DNA of 64,000 bases from the human T2T-CHM13v2.0 reference genome, Homo sapiens: NCBI RefSeq assembly GCF_009914755.1, contig NC_060925.1. The stretch is one strand, 5' to 3'. Below the pieces are notes generated by a model, which worked only from the letters and a program-made list of their open reading frames with translations, was not told where the DNA came from and did no database searches. Made by a program: the position numbers and the translations under genes. Positions 17,973 through 33,919 of the stretch are shown here, piece by piece. The first letter of the stretch is position 1. Each line of letters begins with the position of its first letter.

Positions 17973-18674
17973 TTTTTTATTTTTATTTTTATTTTTATTT
18001 TTTTGAGCAACAAGGCTGTTTATTTCACCTGGATGCAGGCGGGCTGAGTCCGAAAAGAGAGTCAGCAAAGGGTGGTGGGATTATCATTGGTTCTTATAGG
18101 TTTTGGGATAGGCAGTAGAGTTAAGAGCAATGTTTTGGGGGCAGGGGATGGATCTCACAAAGTACATTCTCAAGGGTGGGGAGAATTACAAAGAAACTTC
18201 TTAAGGGTGGGTGACATTATAAAGAACCTTCTTAAGGGTGGGGGAGATTACAAAGTACATTGATCAGTTAAGGTGGGGCAGAAACAAATCACAATGGTGG
18301 AATGTCATCAGTTAAGGCTATTTTCACTTCTGTGGATCTTCAGTTGCTTCAGGCCATCTTGATATATACGTGCAGGTCACTGGGGATATGATGGCTTAGC
18401 TTGGGCTCAGAGGCCTGACATTCCTGTCCTCCACTGTAAGAGTTACCCGAAGCTCGGCGTCCATGATGGCCCAGGGGGCTTCCGAGGCGATCGGGCTGTG
18501 TCAGTCTTCAGTCGCTAAGCCGAGAAGATCCAATTTAAAATCAGTGAGATGTTCCTTGGGCTGGTTGGTCTGTTCATAAATTTGGAAAGGAGAGCTTTAT
18601 TTCTCATAAAGATTTGCAGCCTATAGGGTGGCCATTCTTACAGGCTGGGAAATGTAGCCTCTGGTCAGAAGCTC
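17973..18674 (-). mobile_element. Processed (spliced, polyadenylated) HERV-H/LTR7 retrocopy
   Basis: Minus strand: HERV-H leader 18572-18530, gag/pro-region piece 18529-18428, ACAGGAA, LTR7 starting TGTCAGGCCTCTGAGCCCAAGCTAAGCC at 18420, AATAAA 18024-18019, ends ...TTGTTGCTC then A-rich tail 18004-17973; TSD tcat(t/g)taacacttta 17958-17972 / 18675-18689. Confidence 0.85.
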
Positions 18675-18937
18675 TCATGTAACACTTTAAATAGGTAACA
18701 CATTCACATGGTTTAAAAATAAAGTATAAGAAGCCCTCCTTATCTTCCAAGTTCTCTACCAACCACTCCCCCACCATAATCTCTGTTAATCAGTTTCCTG
18801 TGTATCCAGGAGTTTCTTCATGTGTACACAAGCAAACTTGTAGGTATGCATTCATATCCCCTCTCTTTTTACACACATGATAGCCTCCTGTAACTGTTCT
18901 TTGCTTAGCAGTTTTCACTTAACAATACATGTCAGGG

Positions 18938-19675
<738 letters not shown>

Positions 19676-20830
19676 TAGGTTATTCCCAGTTATTCAGAAT
19701 AGCTCACCATGCTGTAATGAATGACCTAGTTCATATGGCATTTCCTATGGGTGTGAGTATATCTGCAAGACATATTCCTAGAAATGGTATTTCAGGGCTA
19801 AAAGGCAAGCACATTTGTAATTTGGATGGTGCCAAATTGCCTTCCACGTTGTACCAATTCAACACTCACCATGTGGCACTTTAATTCATTATCTCAACTC
19901 ATTCAAAAATGATTTGCAAGGCTTTGTCCCTAGAAATTTCAGGCATTAGAGAAAAGGAGGGGGAGGAGCCAAAATCCCAAGAAAGACATGGCTGTCAATT
20001 CTGTCTATATTAATAACTCCTATAAATATTTGACTAGCAACAGGCTGATCTCAGAACAGCTCTAGTGCCTGCACTGTGGCACCCGTCTCAGTCCTGTGAC
20101 TCACATGGCTGCAATGAGATTGGAAGTGCACTTCCATTGGAAGAGACTGGACTGCACTGAGATTGGAAGTGCGCTGTGAGACTGGAAGCTTTCTGAAGGC
20201 AGGGTCTTTCTCATTGCTGTATCTCACTCCCCTCCCAATGTGCCTGGCACAGATCTTATTTATTTAATTAATTCTAAGATGTATTTTTTCCCCCACATTT
20301 TTTATCTTTGAAATCAGTTGGTCCTCATAGTCAATAAATAGCATGTTATAATTATTGGCAGCATTTTATCTTTTTTGTTGTTCTTGTTGTTTTGAGACAG
20401 GTTCTCACTTTGTCACCCTGGTTGGAGTGCAGTGGTGTGAACATGGCTCACTGCAGCTTCAACCTCTCAGGCTCAAGTGATCCTCCTGCCTCAGCCTTCT
20501 GAGTAGCTGGGACAACAGGTATGTGTCACCATGCCTGGCTAATTTTAAATTATTTTTTAGAGATGGGGTCTCACCACTTTGCCCAGGCTGGTCTTGAACT
20601 CCTGGTCTTAAGTGATCCTCCTGCCTTGGCCTCCCAAGGTGGTGGGGTTACAGGCATGAGCCAGTCCAGGCACACCTGGCCTAGACTGGAATCTTTTAAA
20701 TGTTAATAGCTCACATAGAATGCTTACCACACAGCAGCCACTGGTCTAAACACTCCACATGTACTAACTCACTTAATTCTCATGACAGTCTTATGAGGTA
20801 TTATTAGCTTAATTGCAAAGATGAGGCAAT

Positions 20831-20945
20831 GAAGGTGACCAACTCTCCTGGTTTACCAGGGACTGAAGGGTTTTTCCAGGACTTGAGACTTTTAGTGCTA
20901 AAACAGGGAAAGTTCCAGGCAAGCCCAGATGAGTTGGTCATTCTA
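20831..20945. mobile_element. MER81-like hAT-Blackjack MITE within a MIR fragment
   Basis: About 115 bp with inverted ends TGACCAACTC ... GAGTTGGTCA. Confidence 0.65.
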
Positions 20946-20946
20946 A

Positions 20947-21370
<424 letters not shown>

Positions 21371-22814
21371 TAGATATGTCAGATGGGGTCCTTGTCCTAG
21401 GCCCTACTCTTTAGAGGGCTGCACCCTAATCCTCCTCCAGCTGTGTCCCTCCTCACAGTTCCCTGGGTCCAAAGAGATATGCCCGCCTGGAGCCTGTGCA
21501 CCCCTTCTAGACCACCCTCTCAATACCCAGGACTCCAGAATTCCCTGCCAAAATGGCCCAAGTCCATTTTCAGCATCTGTGCCAACCCTTTCCCTGGTTC
21601 CATCCTCCCAAGGGCAAACTTCCTGCCAGTGAGTGCACCCCTGTGCTTAGAGCTGGCTGTTTGCAAGGGGTGTGAACAGAGGCTGAGCATGTGGGCTGGG
21701 GAATGCACACAGGAATGAGAAGAGAAGGGAGCTGGCTCTGCTACATTCTCACATGGAACTCCAGGGAATCCAAGAATTCTCAACTCAAAACCTGGCTTTC
21801 TAGGTTGTTATGGAGGTATATTTGTCAAGGTAGGAGGATAGAACATATATTTTTAAAAAATAGTTTGTTAGCTTGATTTATAACTCTTAAATACTTAGCC
21901 ATATGGTATGTGGGCTTCCCTTCTATACTCCTGCCCTGGGTCTGGCAAACATTAGCAGCAGGTTTGCAGCAAGCTTAGATCACTTGTTCAACTAGGCCAC
22001 ACAGAAGCGGCAGAGCTTTTGTAGTCTGGCCCTGACTCTATGCTTTCAGCTATCACTCTAAACTGTTTTATCAGGCTACCCCTGTTATTTTACAAATAGG
22101 GGAGAAAAGACCAGAGAACTCTAGACATTTGCCCAATGTCACATGGCTAGTTCGTGTCATGTCAGGGGGAATTTGAATCCTGTCCTTTATATGATGCAGC
22201 AGGTACTGCTCAGTTACTATTTGTATGAGTGTGGGCACGTGACTTCCCCTTTTGGGGCCTGTGTTCCATCATCTGTGAAATGGGAAGAACACCCCTACCT
22301 CATAGAGCTGCCAGGACTAAATAAAATAATATATGTAAAGTCCCTAGCATTGTGTCTATACACAATAAACCCTCAGTAAGTGACAGCTAAGGTATTAGCT
22401 ATCAAGGACAGCTCTGATCATGCCATTTTCTGCTTGAAAACATTCGACAAATTCAACTTTGGGACACATGATATGAGAAAAGCAAAAATTTCTGAAACCT
22501 AAAAAAAAAAAAAAAAAGACTCCCTTTCTTGGCTTAGAGGCCAAGGATTCCTGGCACAGCAGCTATAACCCTCCGTGAAGTCATTGCAGGTCTTTATCTC
22601 CATGAGGACCTCCAGGTCAGTCTTCCTCAAGGACCTCCCCCTCCTTTTCCCTGAGATTCTTTAATTCTTGATGCATGTGAAAATCTGTCTTCTTGGGCCG
22701 GTGGCAGTGGCTCACGCCTGTAATCTCAGCACTTTGGGAGGCCGAGGCGGGCGGATCACGAGGTCAGGAGATCGAGACCATCCTGGCTAACACGGTGAAA
22801 CCCCATCTCTACTA

Positions 22815-22973
<159 letters not shown>

Positions 22974-23475
22974 CTAAAAAAAAAAAAAGAAAATCTGTCT
23001 TCTCGGATGGATCGTTATAGAGAAGCACAACTAAGATGAACGGAAGAGCTCTGTGATCACTGGACTTAGCCAACAATAGAATGGACTGGGACCTATTCAT
23101 GAATGAGATTCTTGTTATGGGACATGTGCCGACAAAGTCAAACATCAGAAATGTTGAATCGGGATTCTTGCATTAGAAGAGAGGTGGACTAAATGACCTC
23201 TCTTCCTGCTTTAAGGTCCTTTTTTAATGAGATGGGGAAAGGCTCATTATATTGCGCTAAATAGAACAAACAAAGCCTACCCAATTGCACAATATGAGTT
23301 CGACTAGGAACAAAATACATTGAAGAAAATGCACCAAAATAATAGTTCTGGAAAGAAAATAACAATTGAGTTTGCTTTCCTTCTTTATACTATTCTGGAT
23401 TTTCCAAACTTCTTAAAATGAACTTGTATTACTTGTATTAATGACAAAAATTATATATATATTTTTTCTTTCTGA

Positions 23476-23661
<186 letters not shown>

Positions 23662-23947
23662 TGAACAGGCTGGTCTCAAACTCCTGACCTCAGGTGATCT
23701 GCTGGCCTCGGCCTCCCAAAGTGCTGGGATTACAGGCGTGAGCCGCTGTGCCTTGCCCCAACAATTATATTTAAAAAATAGAAGAGACTTTTGTCCTCCT
23801 TGCCCATCTTATGTCCTGTGTCTCTGAAACCTCTATATTCACTCTCACTCCTTCCACTCCCCCACCAAGTTTCAGCTTTATTGGACTGTTGGCAGCTCTC
23901 TGAAAGGTTACATGCCTATATGTCCCATTGTTTTGCTGACACCAACT

Positions 23948-24300
23948 GCCTTAGTTCAGGCTGTTGTAACAGAACAACATTGACTGGGTGGCTTAACCAA
24001 CAAACATTTATAACTCACAGTCCTGGAGGCTGGGAAGTCCAAGTTCAAGGTGCCAGCAGATCTGATGGCTGGTGAGGGCTCTTTTCCTGGTTTGCAGAAA
24101 GACATCTTCTTGTTGAGATGGCTGAGAGCACAAAGAGATTCCGTGTCTCCTCTTTTTATACGGGCACTAATCCCATTCATGAGGGCTCTAGCCTCATGAC
24201 CTAATTACCTCCCAAAGGCTCTACCTCCAAATACCATTACAGTGGGCCATAGGCTTCAACATATGAATGTGGGAGAGAACACAACATTCAGTCTACAGTA
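23948..24300 (-). mobile_element. MLT1 (MaLR) LTR
   Basis: Typical ACTGGGTGGCTTAA...CTCACAGTCCTGGAGGCTGGGAAGTCCAAG...ACCTAATTACCTCCCAAAGG motifs. Confidence 0.75.
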
Positions 24301-25647
24301 CCAGCCCTCATAAGGCCTTGAGTCCCTTGGCTTCTGTCTATATTGAAATTCTCTCCACCTTCAAGGTCTTGACTAACCTCTCTCTCCCTCACCACTATGC
24401 TGCTGTTGCAGCTATCCATATACATGTCTGTCCCTCTCACTAGTGAGTAAACTCCTTCAGGGCAGGATCCTATGTGATTCTGTCTTGCCATCCCTGAAGT
24501 GCCACAGACACTCTGTGAGTGTTGAATCATTTGGCCAGTGTCTTTTTGGCCACCAAACAACACTTAGGGCTTAAGGTCAGATGGCATATCTGAGTGTATA
24601 ATCTGCAGTCTAGTCCCTTGCAAATTCAAAAAGACTATTCCAGTGACATCTCTTTCTTTCTTTTTTTTTTTTTTTTGAGATGGAGTCTCGCTTTGTCACC
24701 CAAGCTGGAGTGCAGTGGCACCATCTCAGCTCACTGCAAACTCTGCCTCCTGGGTTCAAGTGATTTTCCTGCCTCAGCCTCCTGAGTAGCTGGGATTACA
24801 GTTGCGCACCACCACACCTGGCTAATTTTTGTATTTTTAGTAGAGACGGAGTTTCAGCATGTTGGTCAGGCTGGTCTCAAACTCCTGACCTCGTGATCCG
24901 CCTGCCTCGGCCTCCCAAAGTGCTGAGATTACAGGTGTGAGCCACCGCGCCTGGTCTCTTTTTTTTTTTTTTAAATTATTTTATTTGTTTTTAAACTTCA
25001 ATTGAAATCAACCATTTTCGATTTCCAGAGAGTTGCAAAGATGGTACACGGAGTTCCCGTATGCCCTTCAGCCAGCTTCATTTGGTGTTAACATCTTACA
25101 TAATCATGGTACATTTATCCAAACTAACAGATTAACATTGGTACAATACTATTAACTGAATGGCTGAATTTAATCGGATTCTCCATTTTTCCACTGGGGT
25201 CCCTTTTTGTGTTACAGGATCTAATCCAGGATACCACCTTGCACGTTGCATCTTGCCTCCTTAGCCAGTGACATTTATTTTAATGAGGAGGCCAGGGCTC
25301 GGCTCTTGTCCTCTGCTGGGCTTCTGGTGCTTCCTATGGGAAGATTGACGCTTCCTCCCACATGAAGCTAAAATGATTTTCATTTTAGATCTACTCTGTT
25401 TCTTGAATGGGCTCTTGTGGGCCTAGAAACAAGGGGGAATTACTAGTTTAATTCACTAAATTTCTGGGCCATTCCGTAGCCCATTTTTCCATGCCTTGGC
25501 ACGGAGCTTGATCCTAGTCACTTAAAAAGCTTCCAAGCAGTTGGCTTCTATCAGCAATCTTAGCAATTCAGTGAGAACAGAGGTTACAGCTGTCACAGGA
25601 AGTGGAAACGAAGGCTGCTGATATCACACCCATTCTGAGACGGATGA

Positions 25648-25992
<345 letters not shown>

Positions 25993-26411
25993 TAGGGTGG
26001 TCTCAAACTCCTGATCTTAAGTGATTCGCCTGCCTCAGCTTCCCAAACTGCTGGAATTACAGGCGTGAACCACCACCCCAGCCTGGAACCCCTTCGATTG
26101 TAGACCTTGGGGGCTTATTGCTCTTAGATACCAAGACCTCTTTCAACTAAGCCCGTGCATGAATGAGAAAGCAGTACTGCCCTGGGGTGGATGCAGGCCC
26201 CATCACTCTACTGGATTACCAGGCAGCCTCCCAATTGGTCCTCAGTCTGCCCCTCCCACATAGGCGCTCATAACCCAAATCCCTACGGAGGGGTCAGGAG
26301 AAGAGGCGGCACCAGAGGGGACAGAGCAGGCAGCACACTGGAGAGTGCAGGCCCCACCCGGGCAGGAGGACGAGCATGTTCTGCTGATACCTTAAAAAAA
26401 AAAAAAAAATT

Positions 26412-27020
<609 letters not shown>

Positions 27021-27832
27021 TCCTACTTTTATTTCAGGAGGTACATGTGCAGATTTCTTAAATGGGTATAATGTGTGATGCTGAGGTTTGGGATACCAAT
27101 GATCTTGCCACCCAGATGGTAGCATAGATTACCCAACAGTTGGTTTTTCAAGTCTGTTTTCTTCATTACCATAGAACAGTGCCTGACAAATACTAGGTTC
27201 TCAATACATAGTTGGTATATGAACCAGCCAAGTTCATTAGGGGCTCAGAGCACAGTGGTTAAGAGTGTGGGCTCTGGAGTCAGGGTCTCTGAGTTCACAT
27301 CCTGATTCTGCCTCTTACCTTCCGCAGAGTTTTTAGGATGAGTACCAGAAAACTCAGCCCAGGGAAGAATTTGTTGTTTTGATGCTGATTGTCCATTCAT
27401 TCAACAGAAGGTTACTGATGAACCATGAGGTGTCATGTCTTGTACTAGGCCCTGGGAGCACAGGAAGAAAGAAGGCATGTCCCTGGCCTCAAGAGCTCAT
27501 AGTAAGTAGACAAGCAGCTCAGAGCACTGATGGGGCGCAGGGGAGCAGAGGCTAACCCAGGCAGCGGAGGGGAAACAAGGAAGGCCTCCTAGAGAAAGGG
27601 GTGGCTGAGCTGATGAGGCCTGAAGGAAGCTTGTAGGCAAAGAGGAATGGGGAGAGGGTGCCAGGAAGAGGAAATAGCACAGCCAAATGCCTAGAAGAAG
27701 CCAGCCTAGAGCAGTAGCTGAACTGCAAGTAGTTTGCCCTGTCCCTCCAGCAGGTTTCAAGTTGAGGGATGTTAACCCTGGATTTGAGACAGGGGAGGGG
27801 ATCTGGGGCAGCAGCACCAAGGCCATTCCTTG

Positions 27833-28505
<673 letters not shown>

Positions 28506-28768
28506 TGTGTAAGCCCTTTGGGGTTGGGCGGGGAGCTAGGACTTTAAGGATGACCATCTAGAATCACAACATTGCAGGTTCTTTGAGCTGAGGGACCTGA
28601 TGGGTCACACAGTCACTCTTGAATCCCTTCCCTGCATGTTGAAAAACTAAAAACCCAAAAAGTACAAAGAAGAAAATAACAATTATTCATATTTCCTATC
28701 ACCTGGAATTAACCACTGTTTACATTTTGACATACTTGTCTCCAGTATTTCATGAACATGCAGCTTAA

Positions 28769-29050
<282 letters not shown>

Positions 29051-29949
29051 TGATCTGCCTGCCTTGGCCTCCCAAAGTGCTGGGATTACAGGGGTGAGTC
29101 ACTGCACCCGGCTCTCATTTTAAAAAATAAAATTAGAATATTACAAAGAAAGCTGAAGTTGCCTCTCATCTCCACTTGCTATCCCAACTCCCCGCCCCTC
29201 TCTCCAGAGACAGCCACTCAGATGAATTAGGAGTGAACTGGAACTGAACTGAAAAGAACTGAATTGAAAATAATTTTTCAGTTATTTTTTAAAAAATGCT
29301 TTTATGTTCTGTTTGAATGTAATCACAGAAAATCCACAGTTCTGCTTAACATGTTACAAAAATTGTATTATATTGTATGCATTATTGTGCAACTTTCTAC
29401 TTTTACTTAATATATTTTAGAGCTCTATCCATTTCTCTGCATGCATAGATCTGGCTTATTCCTTCTGTGATGCAGTGACCCGTTATGTAGATAGACCCCA
29501 TTGTATTCATTCATTCCCTATGGACAGCCCTTGAGCTCTTTTCAGTGGTTTGTTATTAGATATGGTCCCGCAAGAGACAGCCTTCCTGAGTACATGTGCA
29601 AATATTTTTCTAGGGTAGAGACCAAGACATAGGATTATCTGGCACATGTCATGAATATTTCCAGTTTAAAGACAAATCCAGAGAATGCATTTCCCCATAA
29701 CCTCACCAATATTTGCCATTGTCTAATTTTATTCCTTCCTTGCATTTTTGTAGCTGAAAAGACCGAGGCCTGAGGCTGGGTCACAGAGTGGGTTAGGTTC
29801 AGGGTCAAGACTAGACCCCACATCGCTTGGGGAAAGGAAAGGCCACGGTGTGAGAGGGAGTTGGCGGGGAGGGAATGGCTGAAATTAAACATGGTGATTA
29901 TCCCACCATCAGTGGAAGTTATCCAGCAGCAGTGGACATGACTGCGAAT

Positions 29950-30800
29950 CCTCCAGAAAATGGCTTCGCTGCGCTCCACGGATCTGCTCTCCCACCCCAC
30001 CTGCGGCTTGCACAGCGACACACAAGCGTTGTGATTGGCTCTTCCTTGGCTGAGACAAGGGTGGGGACCGAAATGGCGTCTCTAACAGCTGATTTTTCAG
30101 GGCAGCAGCTCTGTGCTAGGAGAAGAGAAGGCCGGGCTCACTGGCGGTGCGGAGCCCGCCAGGGCCAATCCGCATCCGGGCGGAGGTGCAAGCCCGACCG
30201 CAGTACTGACACGTGCCGCGACGTCCCCTCCCGGCAGCTCGCGGGGACCTGGGAGCGGGTGGGGTCTCTGGCTGGCGGGGAGCCAGGGCTGCGGGAAACC
30301 GCACGAGGTCGCGTTCGCGAGTGGCGGAGAAGCCCAGACCCCCGGGCGCACGCGGCCGCGCCCACCCAGGTCGCTGGGAGGTGCCCGCCCGGGAGGCGCC
30401 GCGGCCAGTGCCTGCCGTTAGCTTCAGGAAGAACTAGGATTGAGTAAGAAACGACTAGGGATGGAAGCACTTGGCACTCCGGGTCTCGGAGCAGGCTGGG
30501 GACGCCCGCGGCAGGAACCTGGTCCTCCACTCCGGGTGCGGACCAAAGTCTGCTAGGGCTTCCCCGAAGTGGATTCAGTGACTCGGGAGAGGACCCAGCC
30601 CCTAGGCCCCATCCCCGGTTAAGGGCCAGTCTTGGTCTGGGTGTTTCTCTCCGGGAGCTGGTCGCAGGTTTCCGTTTTCCTCTTCAAGGAAGGAAAGACC
30701 AGCGAGAGAATTCGAGGGAAAGAACAAAAGCCGCCGGCACCGCCCAGCCCAATTTTTGGAGCCTGGGAGGCTGGCTCCCTTCCTCTGACCGCTGGGACGA
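29950..30800. promoter_or_regulatory. Second (orphan) CpG island with promoter motifs
   Basis: Dense unmutated CpGs outside any Alu; CCAAT boxes at 30034-30038 (rev) and 30165-30169, YY1-type AAATGGCG 30071-30078, GC box 30178-30183. Confidence 0.75.
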
Positions 30801-31130
30801 CTCGGAGGGCTGGCGCTTTTTCCTTCACCACCATTTCTTCCCAGCGACCAACTTTTGAGTCCTTGCTGTGTGCCAAGCACTTCACTGAGTGTCATATCTC
30901 ACTTCCTCCCCACGACAATTGTAAGACATGACAGGCTTGGAAAGGAGAAGTCATTTGCCAAGGTCACGCGTGGAAAAAACGAGGGCTAGGAAATTCAGAT
31001 CCTGGGTTTTAAATATTTTTGTATTAGAAAGGGTCTAAAAGTTAAATATTTGCAAACCTTTGCTAATCTTTCACAGATCCTTTTGAAATAATGACTATTG
31101 AGAATAAACCCTGCAGACATCTCCATACCG

Positions 31131-31133
<3 letters not shown>

Positions 31134-31177
<44 letters not shown>
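31134..31177. repeat. (TG)22 microsatellite
   Basis: Counted directly. Confidence 0.95.
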
Positions 31178-31181
<4 letters not shown>

Positions 31182-32370
31182 AACTTGTCAGCCAGGCAGG
31201 TCCGTGGGAGGAGGGAGCAGCGCGCGAATGAGAGTGTAAACAGGTAACGAACACTTTTCTGGAAAGCAGTAGTGCCATTTCTATCGAGAGCTTTAAAAAC
31301 TGTGCGTATCCTCTACTCGGGAAATGGCCACCCTCTGTGGAGATAGCAATAGTTTTCCACATGTAAAATCCCTGGGACCCAGCAATTCCTTTTAAGGGAA
31401 TCCATTGTAGAGATGGGTGTGCTTGCACATATACAAAATGGCATACACACGTAAGGACGTTCATGACTGCACTGTTTCAGGAGCGAAGGATGAAAAACAA
31501 CCCAGAAATGTATCAATAGAATTGATTAATTTAATCTGGCACTTCCATTTAAAGGAATTCTATGCAATATTTTAAGAAAATAAGGCAGTTCTCTATTTTA
31601 TGTATAGAGCAATCATCAAGAAATATTAAGCAAAAAGAGGAAAGTGCAAAAGTATCTGATGTGCTACTGTTTCTATATGAAAAAGGGATCTATATTTTAA
31701 AATATATATATTTAAATATATAGATTCCCCCATAAGAAATATACACATGAAGAAAACAGGCAACCACATTGCCTTTAAGAAGAAAAACCTAACTATCACA
31801 CTAGCCTTTAAGTGAAAAAAAAAAAAAAGAAAGAAAAAAGCAAAAAAAAAAGAAGGAATCACTGCTAAACGACCAAGCAGGAGAATTATTATTCTTATTG
31901 TGTAACCTTTAGTACCTTTGGAATTGTGTGCCATGTTTACATAACAACAATTCGAAATTCAACTTAAAAAAATAAATTCCCTGCCTCTAGACCCAGTACT
32001 TCTCCTTTTTGGAATCTAGCTTAAGGAAGTTAATGGATTTCAGACAAAGATTTATGCAAGAAGATATTCACTGAGGTGTTATCGTACAGGAAAAAGATGT
32101 AGGCAACTTAAAAGCCCAACAACAGAGGAACAGATAAGAAAATTATGGTATGTACATGTACTGCCTACCATGAAATCATAAAAAGAATGTTTATAAAAAA
32201 TTTTATTGACATGGGAAAATGCTTATAACATTAAGTAATGAAGTCCTAGATAGAAAATTGTGTATGCAAGCTGGGCATGGTGGCTCACGCCTACAGTCTC
32301 AGTACTTGGGAGGCTGAGGCAGGGGGATCACTTGAGGCCAGGAGTTTTGAGACCAGCCTGGGTGATATAG

Positions 32371-32750
<380 letters not shown>

Positions 32751-33574
32751 TGATCTGCCTGCCTCGGCCTCCCAAAGTGCTGGGATTATAGGTGTGAGCC
32801 GCTGCGCCTGGCCCCTCTGTAGCTTTCTGTAGTTTTCAATTTTTTTTTGTAATGGGCCTCTGTGGCTAAGATTTTTTTTAACTTAAAAATAAATCCCCAC
32901 AGTATTTAGGAAAATTAAAGATAATTTTCCTTATTAATTAAATATGGGGTTTCACCATGTTGCCCAGACTGGCGTACAGCTCTTTATGCAGGGTTTATTT
33001 CTAGAAGTAGAATTGATGGGTTAACATCAATTCTACAAAAAATACAAAAATTACAACCCCATCTCTACAAAAAATACAAAAATTACCCAGATGTAGTGGC
33101 GCGTGCTTGTAGTCCCAGCTATTCAAGGGGCTGAGGCAGGAGATCGCTTGAGCCCAGGAGGTTGAGGCTGCAGTGAGCCGAGATTGCACCACTGCACTCC
33201 AGCCTGAGTGACAGTGCCAAACCCTACCTCTTAAGAAAAAAAAAAAAAAAGCTGTACAAATGTTCAAAGTGTAACTATTAACAAAAGATTGTAAAAAACT
33301 TGTGTCTATTGGAGGAGATTACTTAAATAAGTTACAGAACATCCAAAATGTAGAATATTAAGCAGCAGTTAGAGAGAATGGGGTAGGTCTATTACTGTGG
33401 AAAAATCTAAGAATTATTATGGTAGGAAAAGCAACTTGCAGAGCCATATGGATGTTATGATTGCATTTATGCTAAAGAAAGAAAACCTGAAAGTGTGTGT
33501 TTGTGTTTGTACATAAACGTATGAAGGACATTAAACTGTTAATAATAGCTATCCAGGCTGGGTGCAGTGGCTCA

Positions 33575-33919
<345 letters not shown>

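Noticed and set aside
29875-30530. 190-aa and 130-aa ORFs in the orphan CpG island
   Set aside because: Same GC-content artefact; no homology or exon structure recognisable.
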